Assembly (NCBI RefSeq): GCF_009914755.1
Contig: NC_060948.1
Reading direction: 5' to 3' (one strand)
DNA: 64,000 bases
Origin: the human T2T-CHM13v2.0 reference genome, Homo sapiens
The stretch's first letter is position 1; every line of letters starts with the position of its first letter. The notes below the pieces were generated by a model that saw only the letters and a list, made by a program, of their open reading frames with translations, was not told the DNA's origin and ran no database searches. Made by a program: the position numbers and the translations under genes. Below are positions 42,201 to 57,000 of the stretch, one piece after another.

Positions 42201-45200
42201 TATTCCATCCCATTCCATTCCATTCCACTGCACTCCACTCCAATCCACTCCACTCAATTCCATTCCATTTCATTCCATTCCGTTCTATCCATTCCATTCC
42301 ATACCACTCCATTCCATTCCTTTCCTTTCTTTTGACAGGATCTCACTCCATCAAACAGGCTGGAGTGTAGTGGCACAATCTCACCTCAAATTTCACTCCA
42401 CCATTCCATTCCATTCCATTCCATTCCATTCCATTCCATTCCATTCCATTCCACTCCTTTCCATTCCTTTCCTTTCTTTTGACAGGATCTCACTCCATCA
42501 AACAGGCTGGAGTGTAGTGGCACAATCTCACCTCAAATTTCACTCTAGCAGTCCATTCCATTCCATTCCATTCCACTCCATTTCATTCCATTCCATACTA
42601 TTCCATTCCATTCTACTCAACTTCAATCAAATCCACTGCATTGCACTCCACTTCACTCCAATCCTCTCCACTCCTCTACATTACTTCCCATTTTATCCCA
42701 CTCCATTCCACACCACTCCACTCCAATCTACTCAATTCCATTCCATTACATCACATTCCATTCCATTCCATTCCATTCCAATCCACTCCAATCCACTCAA
42801 CTGCAATCCTCTATATTGCATTCCATTCCCTTCCATTCCATTACATCACATTCCATTCCATTCTATTCCATTCCACTCCACTCCACTCCACTCCACTCCA
42901 CTCCAATTCACTCCATTCCATTCCATCCCCTTTCATTCCACTCCACTCCACTCCACTCCATTACATGTCATTCCATCCGATTACATTCTCTTCCATTCCA
43001 TTCCAATCCATTCCAGTCCATTTCATTCAATTCGTTTCTTTTGAAACGATCTTACTCAGTCACACATGGTGGAGTTCAGTGGGAATATCTGAGCTCACAC
43101 TTCATTTCACCACTCCATTGCACTCCATTCCACTCCATTCCACTCCCCTCCACTCCACCCCACTCAACTCTATTCCACTCCATTCAATCCCAATCCATTC
43201 CATTCCTCTCCATTCAATTCCTTTCCTTTCTTTCGTCAGGATATCACTCTTTGACGCAGGGTGGAGTGCAGTGACACAATCTCAGTTCACATTTCCTTTT
43301 AACTTTCCACTCCATAGCATTCCATTGCAGTCCATTTCTTTCCGTTCCTTTCTTTCAGAAGATCTCACTCTGTCACTCAGGTTGGAGTGCAGTCGCATAA
43401 TCTCAGCTCACATTACATTTCAGGATTGTGTTCCATTCCATTCCACTTTATTCCACTCCATTCGATAACATTCCATTCCACTCTACTCCACTCCACTGCA
43501 CTCCATTTCATACCATTCCATTCCTCTCCACTCCACTCTAATCCACTCAATTCGATTCCATCCCATTCCATTCCACTCCACTCCACTCCACTACATTCCA
43601 TTCCACTCCATCCAATTTCATTCCACCCCACTACACTTCACTACACTCCATTCCCTGCCATTCCATCCCATCCCATTCCATTCCATTCCATTCCATTCCA
43701 TTCCATTCCATTCCACTCCATGCCATTTGATTCCATTCCACTCCATTGCATTCCATTCCATTACACTCCATGCCATTTGATTCCATTCCACTCCATTGCA
43801 TTCCATTCCTTTTCTTCAACAGCATCTCACTTACACAGGCTGGAGTGCAGTGACACAATCTCAGCTCACATTTCATTTATCCATTTCATTTCACTCCATA
43901 CCACTCCACTCAACTACACCACACTCCACTCCACTCCACTCCACTCCACTCCAGTCCACTCCACTCCTCTCCATTAAATCCCAATCCATTGCATCCTACT
44001 CCATTCCATTCCATTCCTTTGCTTTCTTTCGATAGGATCTCACTTTGTCACACAGGGTGGAGTGCAGTGGCACAATCTCAGCTCACATTTCATTTAAATA
44101 TTCCATCCCATTCCATTCCACTCCACTCCACTCAATTCCATTCCACTCCATTCCATTCTATTCCATTCCATTCTATTCCAGACTATTCCATTCCATTCGA
44201 CTCCTTTCCATTCCTTTCCTTTCTTTCGACAGGATCTCTTTCTATCAAACAGGCTGGAGTGTAGTGGCACTATCTCAGCTCAAATTTCACTTCACCATTC
44301 AATTCCATTCCTTTCTGTTCCATTCCATTCCACACCACTCCACTCCACTCCACTCCACTCCATTGCATTCCATTCCTCTTCACTCCACTCCACTCTTCTC
44401 CACTACTCTACATTACATCTCTCTCTATCCCAGTCCATTCTACTCCACCTCACTCCACTCCAATCTACTCAATTCCATTACATTACATCACTTTCCATTC
44501 CATTCCACTCCACTCCAATCCACTCAATTCCACTCCTCTATATTACATTCCTTTTCATTCCATTCCAGTACACCGTATTACATTACACTTATTTCTTTGG
44601 ACAGGATCTCACTCTGTCAAACAGGGTAGAGTGCAGGGGCACAATCTCAGCTCACATTACATTTCACCATTCCATTCTATTTCTTTCCATTCCATTCCAA
44701 TCCGTTCCATTCCATTCATTTCCGTTACACTTTACTCCACTCCATTCCACTCCACTCCACTACATTACACTTTACTCCACTCCAGTCCACTCCACTTCAT
44801 TACACTTCATCCCATTCCATTCCACTCCATTCCACTCTACTGCACTCCACTCCACTCCATTCCATTCCATTCCATCCCAGTCCATTCCACTCCATTCTAC
44901 ACCACTCCACTCCACTCCATTCCATTGCATTCCAACCGAATCTATTCCAGCCCACTCCATTCCATTCCACTCCATTCCATTCCATTCCCTGCTTTCGACA
45001 GGATCTCTCTGTGTGACACAACCTGGAATGCAGTAGCACTATCTCATCTCACATTTCATTTGACCATTCCATTCCACTACATTCCACTACACTTCAGTCC
45101 ACTCCACTCCACTCTAATCCACGCCATTCCACTCCATTCAATTCCATTTCAGTCCATTCCACTCCATTCGACACCACTCCAATCCACTCAACTCCACTTC

Positions 45201-48200
45201 ATTCCACTTCAGTCCACTCCACTCCAGTCCACTCCACTTCATTAGCGTCCATGCAATTCCATTCCACTTCACTGCCCTTCACTCCACTACACGCCACTCC
45301 ATTCCATTCCATTCCATCCCAGTTTATTGCACTCCATTCCACACCACCCACTCCACTCCACTCCATTCCATTCCAATCCATCCCATTCCATTCCATCCCA
45401 TTCCATTCCATTCCATTCCATTCCATCCCTGTGCATCCCCGTCTATTCCATTCCATTTCGTTCCATTCCATTCCTTTCTTCTGACAGGATCTCACTCTCT
45501 CACCTTGGCTGTAGTGAAGTGGCACAATCTCAGCTCACATTACATTTCACCATTGCATTCCATTCCATTTCACTCCTTTCCATTCCATTCCTTTCCACTC
45601 CATTCCATTCCATTCCATTCCATTCCATTCCATTCCATTCCATTCCATTGCATTCCATTCCATTCCATTCCATTCCATTCCATTCTATTTCACTCCACTC
45701 CACTGAACTCCACTCCACTCCACTGCACTCCAATCCATTCCATTCCATTCCATTCCATTTCACTCGACTCCATTCCAATCCACTCCACTCCATTACACTC
45801 CATTCCATTCCATCCCATTCATCCCATTCAATTTCCCTCTTCTCCATTCCACTCCACTCCACTCCAATTCACTCCATTCCATTGCATGCCATTCCATTCC
45901 ACTCCTCTCCATTCCACTCCACTCCGCACTCCTCCTTTCCACTCCATCTCATTCCATTCCACTCCATTCCACTCCACTCAACTGCACTTCATTCCACTGT
46001 ACTGCATTCCATTTCATTCCACTCCCTTCCATTTTTTTCCACTCCCTTACATTCCATTCCTTTCTTTTGACAGGATCTCATTCTCTCACACAGGCTGGAG
46101 TGTAGCGGCACAATCTCGGCTCACATTTCATTTCGACATTCTATTCCATTGCAATCCATTGCACTCCGTTCCATTCTATTGCATTCCATTGCATTCCATT
46201 CCATTCCATTCCTCTCCACTCCATTCTACTCCACTCCAGTCCACTCTGCTCCAGTACACTCCACTCCATTCCATTCATCTCCATTCCATTACTTTCCTTT
46301 CTTTCGACAGGATCTCACTCTTTCACCCAAGTTGGTGTGCAGTGGAAAAATCTCAGCTCACATTTCATTGCACCATACCATTCCATTCCATCCCATCCCA
46401 CTCCATTACTTTAAATTCCATTCCATTACAGTCCACTCCACCCCATTTCACTCCACTCCACACCACTCCACTCCTCTCCATCCATTCCATTCCACTCCAT
46501 TCCATTCTACTCCACTCCACTTCTTTACCATAATCCCATTCCATTCCACTGCAATCCACTCCACTCCACTCCTGTCCACTCCATTCCATTCCATCCCATC
46601 CCATCCCGTTCAAACCAATCAACTCCACTCCACTCCACTCCACTTCACTCCATACCGTTCCATTCCGTTCCACTCCTTTCCATTGCATTCCTTTCTTTCA
46701 ACAGGATCTTATTGTGTCTGCCAGGTTCGAGTGCAGTGGCACAATCTCAGCTCACATTTCATTGCACTATACTATTCCGTGCCATTCCACTCCACTCCAT
46801 TCCTTTAAATTCCATTCCATTCTAGTCCCCTCCACTCTACTCCACTTCACTCACTCTACTCCACACCACTCTACTCCACTCCATTCCATCCCATTCCATT
46901 CCACACCACTCTACTCCACTCCATTCCATCCCATTCCATTCCACTCCACTTCTTTCCATTCCATTCCATTCCACTCCACTCCATTACACTCCTGTCCGCT
47001 CCACTTCAGTCCATTCCATTAAATTGCATTCCATTCCACTCCTTTCCTTTCCATTCCTTTCTCTTGAAAAGATCTCACTCTGTCACCCAGTCTGAAGTGC
47101 AGTGGCACAGTCTTAACTCACATTTCATTTCACCATTCCATTGCATTCCATTCAATTGCATTCCTTTCCATTCTGTTCCATTACATTCCACTCCACTCCC
47201 CTCCACCCTGCTGCTTTCCATTCAATTCCATTCCTCTCCATTCCACTCCACACTACTCCATTCCTCTCCACTCCATCCCATTCTATCCAATTCCATTCCA
47301 TTCCATTCCAGTCAACTGCACTCCATTCCACTCCATTGCATCCCATTGCATTCCACTCCATTTCACTGCACTCCACTCCACTCCATTTCCTTCCACTCGA
47401 TTTCGTTCCATTAGACTCCACTGCACTCCCGTCCACTACTTTCCACTCCATTCCATTCCACTCCATTCCATTTCATTATTTTTCTTCGACAGGATCTCAC
47501 TCTGTCCCTCAGGCTGAAGTGTAGTGCCACAATCTCAGCTCAAATTTCATTTCGCCATTCCATTGCATTCCATTCCATTAAATTTAATTCCAATCCTCTC
47601 CACTTCACTCCACTCCACTCCACTCCATCCCAATTCATTCTCATACATTCCATCCAATTCCACTCCATTGCACTCCATGCCTTTTCAACTATATTCCGTT
47701 TCATCCCTTCTCATTCCACTCCATTCCTCTCCTCTCCACTTTACTCCACGTCACTATTCTCCACTCCATTCCTCTCCATTCCATTCCATTCCATTCCATT
47801 CCATTCCATTCCATTCCATTCCATTCCACTCCATTTCATTCCATTGCTTTCTTTCAACAACATCATCCTCTTTCACACAGGCTGGAATGCAGCAGTACAA
47901 TCTCAGCTAACATTTTATTTCACCATTACATTTGCTTCCATTCCATTCTATTCAATTCCACTCCACTGCACTTCATTAACTCCACTCCATTTCGTACAGT
48001 TCCATTCCATTCCATTCCACTCCATTCCACTTCACTCCCCAACACTCCACTCCATTCCAATCCATCCCATACCATTCCACTCCATTCCGCGCCACTCCCT
48101 TCCACTCCACTGAACTCCATTCCATTCCATTCCATTCCATTCCATTCCATTCCATTCCATTCCATTTCACTCCATTCCACACCATTCTATTCCATTCCAT

Positions 48201-51200
48201 TCCTTTCTTTCGACAGTATGTGTCTCTGACACAAAGGCTGATGTGTAGTGGCCCAATCATAGCTCACATTTCATTTCACCATTCCATTCCCTTCCATTCC
48301 ATTGCATTCCATTCCATTCAATTCCATTCTTTTCCACTCCACTCCACTCCACTCCACTCCATGCCATGACATTCCATTACATTCCAGTCCAATCCAATCT
48401 ATTCCACTCCACTCCACAACACTGTATTCCATTACATCCCTTCCCATTCCACTCCATTCCACTTGTCTCCACTCTAATCCACGCCACTCAACTCCTCTGC
48501 ACTCTATCCCATTCCATGCCATTCCACTCCATTCCACTCCATTCCATTCCCTTCCTTTTTGTAGACAGGATCGGACTCTTTGACTCAGGCTACAGTGCAG
48601 TGCCACACACTCAGCTCACATTTCATTTCACCATTTCATTGCATTCCATTCCATTCCTTTCCATTTACTTCAAATCAATTACACTTCACTCCACTCCACT
48701 CCACGCCATTTCATTCCATTACATTCCAGTACATTCTACTCCATTACACTCCACTCCACGAGGCTATATTCCATTACATCTCATACCGTTCCACTCCATT
48801 CCACTCCTATCCAATCTACTCCATTCCACACCACTTCCTCTCCACGCTATTCCATTCCATTCCATTCCATTCCACTCTGTTCCTCTCCATTCCCTTCCCT
48901 TCCTTTTCATAGACAGGATCTCACTCTTTCACTCAGGCTAGAATGCAGTGACACACTCTCAGCTCATATTGCGTTTCACCATTCCATTGAATTCCATTCC
49001 ATTCCATTCCATTTAATTCAAATCCATTCCACTCCACTCCCCACCATTCCATTCCATTACATTCCAGTGCATTCCACTCCAATCCACTCCACTCCACTAT
49101 GCTATATTCCATTTCATCCCGTCCCATTCCACTCCTCTCCACTCTACACCACTGCACTACACTCCTATCCACTCCATTCCATTCCATTCCATTCCATTCC
49201 ATTCCATTCCATTCCACTCCACTCCATTCCATTCCATTCCACTCCATTCCATTCCATTCCTTCCTTTCGACAACATCTCACTCTGTCATGCAGACTGGAG
49301 TGCAGTGGCACAATCTCAGCTCACGTTTCATTTCACCATTCCATTCCCTTACATTCCATTCCATTCCACTCAACTGCACTGCACTCCACTACATTCTATT
49401 CCATTCCATTCCATTCCATTCCATTCCATTCCATTCCATTCCATTCCATTCCATTCCATTCCATTCCACTGCATCCCATTCCATTCCACTCTATTCCAAA
49501 CCACTCCACTCCACTCCAATTCATTCCACACCACTCCACTCCACTCCATTGCATTCCATTCCAACCAATTCCATTCCACTCCGTTACATTCCACTCCAGT
49601 CCACTCGATTCAATTCCATCCCATAGCATTTCTCTCCATTCCTTTCCATTCTTTCTTTCAACAAGATCTTACTCTGTCACAGGCTGGAGTGCAGTGGCCC
49701 AATCTTAGCTCACATTTTATTTCACCATTCCATTCCATTCGATTCCACTCAATTCCACTACACTCTACTCAAGTCCACTCCACTCCATTCCATTCCATTC
49801 CACTGCCCTCCACTCCACTCCTCTCTTCTCCGTTCCATCCGATTCCATTCCCCTCCTTTCCAACACACTTCACTCCACTTCTCTCCATTCCGTGCCTTTC
49901 CATTCCATCACGTTCCACTCCACTCCACTCCACTCCACTCCACTCCACTCCATTCCAATACACACCATTACATTACATTCCTTTCTTTCGACAGGATCTC
50001 ACTCTGTCAAACAGGCTGGAATACAGTGGCACAATCTCAGCTCACATTTTATTTAACCATTGCATTCCATTCCATTCCCATTTGTTCCGTTCCATTCCGT
50101 TCCACTGAACTACACTGCACTCCATTCCACTCCACTCCAGTCCATTCCGCTCGACTTCACTCCGTTCCATTCCATTCCATTCCACTCCATTTCACACAAC
50201 TCCACTCCAGTAAAATCCTCTTCACTCTGTTACATTTTATCCCATTCCATTCCACTCCATTCGATTCCATTCCATTCCGTTCCATTCCTTTCCATTCTGT
50301 TCCATTCCATTCCACTCCATTTCATTCCACTCCATTCCACTCTATTCCTTTCCTTTCCATTCCACTCTGTTCCACTGCATTCCACTCCACTCCATTCCAC
50401 TCCACTCAATTCGCTTCCTCCCCTCTATTCCAATCCATTCATTTACTCTGCATTACATGCCATTCCACTCCATTCCAGTCCACTTCATTACACTCCCTCC
50501 ATTCCACTCCACTGCACTCCATTTTATTCCACTATACTCCATTCCATTCAATTCTAATACAAATCATTCCATTCCTTTATTTCGACTGGATCTCACTTTA
50601 TCACTTGGACTGGAATGTAGAGGCACATTCTTAGTCGACATTTCATTTCACTATTCCATTCCATTCCATTTCATTCCGTTGCATTCCATTCCATTCCAAT
50701 GCATTCCATTCCATTCCCTTCCATCAATTCCGTTCCCTTCCATTCCATTCCACCGCACTCTGATCATCTCCACTCAACTCCATTCCACTCCACTCCACTC
50801 CACTTTGTTCTGTTCAGATCCATTCCATTCCATTTCATTCCATTCCAGGCCATTCCTCTCCATTCAACTCCACTCCATTGCATTCCATTCCACGCCACTC
50901 CACTCCCTTCCCCTCCACTCCATTCCACTCCATTCCATTCCAATTCACTCCTCTTCATTTTATTCCAATGCACTCGATTCCATTCCACTCCAGTCCACTC
51001 CACTCCATTCCATTTCGTTCCATACCACTGAACTCCAATCCACTCCACTCAAATCCACTCCACTCCACTCCTCTCCACTCCATTGTATTCCGCTCCGTTT
51101 CGTTCCATTCTTTTCCATTTCAGTCCACTTCATTTCACTCCATTCCATTCCATTCCACTCCATTTCATTAAATTCCTTTCAAATCGATTCCACTCCATTC

Positions 51201-54050
51201 CACTGAATTCCATTCCTCTCTATTCCACTTCATTCCATTCCACTCGATTCCATTCCACTCCATTCCACCCTACACCACTCCATTCCACCTCAGTCCATTC
51301 CACTCAAGTGCACTAAACTCCCCTCCACTCCACTCCATTCCATTCAATTCTATTCCATTCTATTCCACTGCACTATGATCCACTCCACTGTACTCCTCTC
51401 CACACTTCTCTACACCTTTCTGTTCCTTTCCTTTCTGTTCTGATCCTTTCCATTCCATTCCACTCCATTCTATTACACTCCACTCCACTCCACTTCATTC
51501 CATTTCACTCCATTCCACTCCATTCCACTTCAATCCATTCCAATCCAATCCACTACCATCCACTCCACTCCACTCCATTCTATTACACTCCATTCATTTC
51601 CTTTCCACTCAATTCCATTCCATTCCATTCCATTACACTCCACTCCATTCCACTCCACTGCATTCCACTGTATTCCACTCCACTCTCCTCCACTCAATTC
51701 CATTCAATTAAACTCCATTCCATTGTATTCCATTACACTTCATTCAACTTTATTCCACGCCACTCCAGGCCACTACACTCCTTTCCAATCCTCTCCATTC
51801 CGTTGCACTCCATTCCATTCCAGTCCACTCCATTCCATTCCATTCCATTCCATTCCATTCAACTCCATTCCATTCCGTTCCATTCCATTCTGTTCCATTC
51901 CATTCCATTCCATTCCATTCAACTCCATTCCATTCCATTCCATTCCATTCCGTTCCATTCCATTCCATTCCATTCCATTCCATTCCATTCCATTCCATTA
52001 TTTTGACTGGATCTCACTCTGTCACCCAGAATGGAGTACAGTGGCACAATCTTAGCTCACGTTTCTTTTCACCGTTCGATTCCATTTTTTTGCATTCCAA
52101 TCCATTCCATTCCATACCATTGCATTGCATTCCACTCCATTCCACTCCATTCCATTCCAATGCTCTCGGATCCCCTCAACTCAAACCCACCCCACTGCAC
52201 TCCACTCCACGACGTTTGATCCATTCAATTCCATTCTGTTCCATTCCCTTCCATTGCATTCCACTCCATTCTATTGCAATCCAATCCATTCCATTCCACT
52301 CTATTCCACTCCACTCCACTCCATTGCACTCAACTCCACTTCACACCACTCCAGTCCACTCCATTGCATTCCTTTCCTTTCCATTCCTCTCCACTCTACT
52401 CCAATCCACTCCACCACATTCCATTCAATTCCATTCCATTGCACTCCGATGATTTCCTCTCAACTCCACTCCCCTCCACTCCATTCCATTCCATTCTGTT
52501 CTCTTCCATTCTATTCCACTCAATTCCATTCCACCCCCCTCCATTCCACTGCACTCCATTTCTGTCCATTCCTATTCACTTCACTCCACTCCACTTGTCT
52601 CAATTCCATTCCAATCCCTTCCATTCCATTCCGTTACATTCCATTCAATTCTTTCCACGCCATTCCACTCCGTTCCACTCCACTCCATTCCACTCCATTG
52701 CACTCCACTCCATTCCACTCCATTGCACTCCACTCCATTCCACTCATCTCCATTCCACTCCAATCCACTGCATTCCACTCCACTCCATTCCACTCCATTG
52801 CACTCCACTCCATTCCACTCCATTGCACTCCACTCCATTCCACTCATCTCCATTCCACTCCAATCCACTGCATTCCACTCCATTCCATTCCATTCCATTC
52901 CATTCCATTCCACTCCATTCTACTCCATTCCACACCACTCCATTCCACTCCTTTCCACTCCATTGTACCCCATTCCATTCCGCTCCACTCCATTCCATTC
53001 CATTCCATTCCACTCCTTTCCATTTCATTCCATTATTTTGATTGGATATCTTTCTGTCACCCAGACTGGGGTGCAGTGGCACAGTCGTAGCTCACATTTC
53101 TTTTCACCATTCGATTCCATTCCTATGCATTCGAATCCATTCTATTCCATTCCATTCCGTTCCTTTCCATTAAATTATTTTCCATTCCTTTCCATTCCAT
53201 TCCACGCCACTCCATTCCATTCCACTCCACTCCACTCCACTCCATTTCCTTCCATTCCATTCCACGCCATTCTACTCCACTCCATTCCATTCGTTTCCTT
53301 TCCTTTGCATTGCATTCCACTGCACTCTGATGCACTCCACTAAACTCCAGTCCACTCTCCTCCACTCCACTTCGCTCCATTCTATGCCATTCTGTTCCGT
53401 TTCATTCAGTTGCATTCCATTCCAGTCCACTCAATTCCACTCCACTCCATTTCACTCCATTCCATTCCATTCCACTGCATTCCATGCCTTTCCATTCTGC
53501 TCCATTCTACTCCATTCCACTGCACTCCATTCCACTGCACTCCATGCCACTCCACTCCACTCCATTCAACTTCATTCCATGGCACTCCACTCCATTCCAT
53601 TCCATTCTACTACATTCCATTCCATTCCTTTATTTCTATGGGATCTCACTCTGACAACGAGAACGGAATGCAGTGGCCCAATCTTAGCTCACATTTCATT
53701 AACCATTCCACTCCACTCCATTCCATTCCATTCTACTCCATTCCATTTCATTCCTTTATTTGGACGGAATCTCACTCTCTCACACAGACTGGAGTGTCGT
53801 GTCCCAATCTTAGCTCACATTTCATTAACCATAGCATTTCTTTCCATTCCATTCCATTTCATTCCATTCCACTGCACTCCGATCCACTCTTCTGAACTCC
53901 ACTACACTCCACTCTGCTCTAGAGATTTCCATTCCGTTCCATTCCGTTCCGTTGCAGTTCACTCCACTCTACTTCATTACATTCCACTTCATTACACTCC
54001 ATTCCTCTCCACTTCACTCCATTCCCCTCCTTTCCACTCCATTCCGTTCC
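42200..54050 (+). repeat. Copy 2 of the ~12-13 kb duplicated segment
   Basis: Collinear with 21310-34240, e.g. 'tctgacaacgagaacggaatgcagtgg' at ~33805 and ~53650. It differs by indels of whole cassette units. Confidence 0.9.
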
Positions 54051-57000
54051 ATTCCATTCCATTCCTTTCCATTCCATTACACTCCATTCCATTCCATTCC
54101 AATGCACTCCATTCCATTCCATTCTACTCCGTTCCAATCCATCCCTTTACTTCGACGTGATATAAAGTGGCCAAATCGTAACTAACATTTCATTAATCAT
54201 TCCATTCCATTCCATTGCATTCATTCAATTGCATTCCATTCCATTCCGTTCCATTCCTTTCCATGCCATTCCATTCCATTCCATTCCATTCCATTCCATT
54301 CCATTCCATTCCATTCCATTCCATTCCATTGCATTCTCTTCCATTCCTCTGCACTCCAGTCAACTCCATTCAACTCCAATTCTCTCCTCTCCCCTTTGTT
54401 CTTTTCCGTTCCATTTTATTCCGGTCCCTTCCATTCCTTTATTTCTACTGGATCTCACACTGTCACCCAGAATGGAGTGCTGTGGCACAATCTAGCTCAC
54501 ATTTCATTTCACCATTCCATTCCATTCCATTCCATTCCATTCCATTCCATTCCACTCCATTCCATTCCTGTCCATTCCACTCCATCACATTCCACTCCAC
54601 TCCACTCCACTCCAGTCTATTCCATTCCATTCCATTACACTGCAGTCTGATCAACTCCACTCAAATCCTCTCCATGGCAAGCCACTCCACTCCGTTCCAT
54701 TCCATTCCCTTCCAATCCACTCCTTCCATTCCGCTCAACTCCATTCCATTCCATTCCTTTATTTAGAATGGAACTCACTTTGTCACTCAGAATGGATTGC
54801 AGTGTTCTTATCTTAGCTCACATTTCAATCACCATTCGATACAATTCCATTCCATTGCATAACATACCATTGAATTCCATTCCATTTCACTGCATTATGA
54901 GACAATCCACTTAACTCCACTCCACTCCATTCCACTCTGTTCCATTCCATTCCATTCCGCTCCATTTCTTTCCGTTCTTTTCCATTCCATTCCATTCCAC
55001 TTCGCTCCATTCCACTCCACTCCACTCCACTGCATTCAATTCCATTTAATTCAACTGCCCTGCGATCCACTCTACTCAATTTCACTCCATTCGACTCCAA
55101 TCCTCCCAAATCCACTCCATTCCCCTTCACTTCACTAAAATCTAGTTCATTCTACTCCACTCCACTCCATTCCATTCCATTCCATTCTATTCCACTACCC
55201 TCCATTCCTCTCCACTGCACTCCACTCCACTCAGTTCAATTCCATTCCACTCCATTCTATTCCTCTCCACTCCACTGCACTCCACTCCATTCAGTTCAAT
55301 TCCATTCCACTCCACTCCATTCTATTTCATTCCACTCCATTCCATTCCACTCCACTCCACTGCACTCCTCTCCACTCAATTCAGTTTCAGTCCACTCCAC
55401 TCCATTCCATTTCATTCCACTCAACTCCATTCCATTCCACTCCATTCCACTCCTCTCCACTGCACTCCGCTCCACTCAATTCAATTTCATTCCACTCCAG
55501 TCCACTCCATTCCATTCCACTGCACTCCGATCCACTCCACTCTACTCAAGTCCACTGTACTCCACTCTACTCTGTTCTGCTCCATTCTCTATCATTCCTT
55601 TCCATTGCATTCCATTCCACTCCACTCCACCCCACTCATCTCCGTTCCAATCCATTCCGTTCCATTCTACTCCATTCCATTCCGCACCATTCTACTGAAT
55701 TCCATTCCTCTCTATTCCACTCCATTCCACTCCCATCCATTCTACTCCACTCCATTCCACTCCACTCCACTCAATTGCATTCCATTCCTTTCCATTCTAT
55801 TCCACTGTTCTCTGATTTTCTCCACTCAGTTTCACTCCACGCCACTCCACTCCGTTCTGCTCCATGCCTTTCTATTCTGTTCCATTCCCTTCCATTCCAT
55901 TTCAGTGCATTCCATTCCACTTCACTCCGTTCCATTCCAGTCAATTACACTCCACTCCACTACGTTACATTCCAATACACGCCATTCCATTCCATTCCAC
56001 TGCACTGTGATCCACTCCACTCAACTCCACTGAACTCCACTCCGTTCCATTCCATTCCTTTCAATTCCAATCTGTTTTATATGTTGAATTCCACTGCATT
56101 CCATTCCTTTCCACCTCATTCCACTCTACTCAACACGATTCCACTCCTCTTCCCTCCAATCCATTCCATTCCAATCCAATCCATTCCATTCCACTCCTTT
56201 CCATTCCAATCCATTCCACTCCATTCCAATCTAGTCGATTCCGCTTCACTCCATTCCACCCCAATGCACTCGATTCCATTCCATTCCAATCCATTCCATT
56301 CCATTCCATTCCATTCCACTCTATTCCACTCCACTCCACTCCATTACCCTCCACCCCTTTCCAGTCCACTCCAATGCATTACAATCCATTCCGTTCCACT
56401 CCACTCCATTCCATTCGATTCTACTGCATTCCATTCAATTGCTTTATTTCGAATCTATCTCACTCTGTCAAAAATCCTGGAGTGCAGTGGCACAATCTTA
56501 GCTCAGATTTCATTTCCCCATTCCATTCCATGCCATTCCATTCAATTCCATTGCAGTCCATTCCATTCCATTTCATTCATTTCCATTCCATTCAATTCCA
56601 TTCCATTGCATTCCACAGAACTCCACTCCACTCCACCCCACAACACTCCATTAAACTCCATTTCACACCACTCCATTCCATTTCATTCCATTCCATTCCA
56701 TTCTATTCCACTACATTCCATTCCATTCTACACCAATCAACTCCACTGCATTACTCTCCACTCCATTCCTCTCCACTCTACTCCTTTTCATGCCATTCCA
56801 TTCCATTCCACTCCATTCCATGACATTCCATTCCACTCCACTAGGTTCCACTCGACTCCATTCAACTCAATTACACTCCATTCCTCTGTATTCCATTCCA
56901 CTACACTCCATTCCATTCCATTCTACTCCATTCCATTTCATTCCTTTATTTCGACTGAATCTCACTGTGTCACGCAAACTGGAGTGCTGTGGCCCAATCT

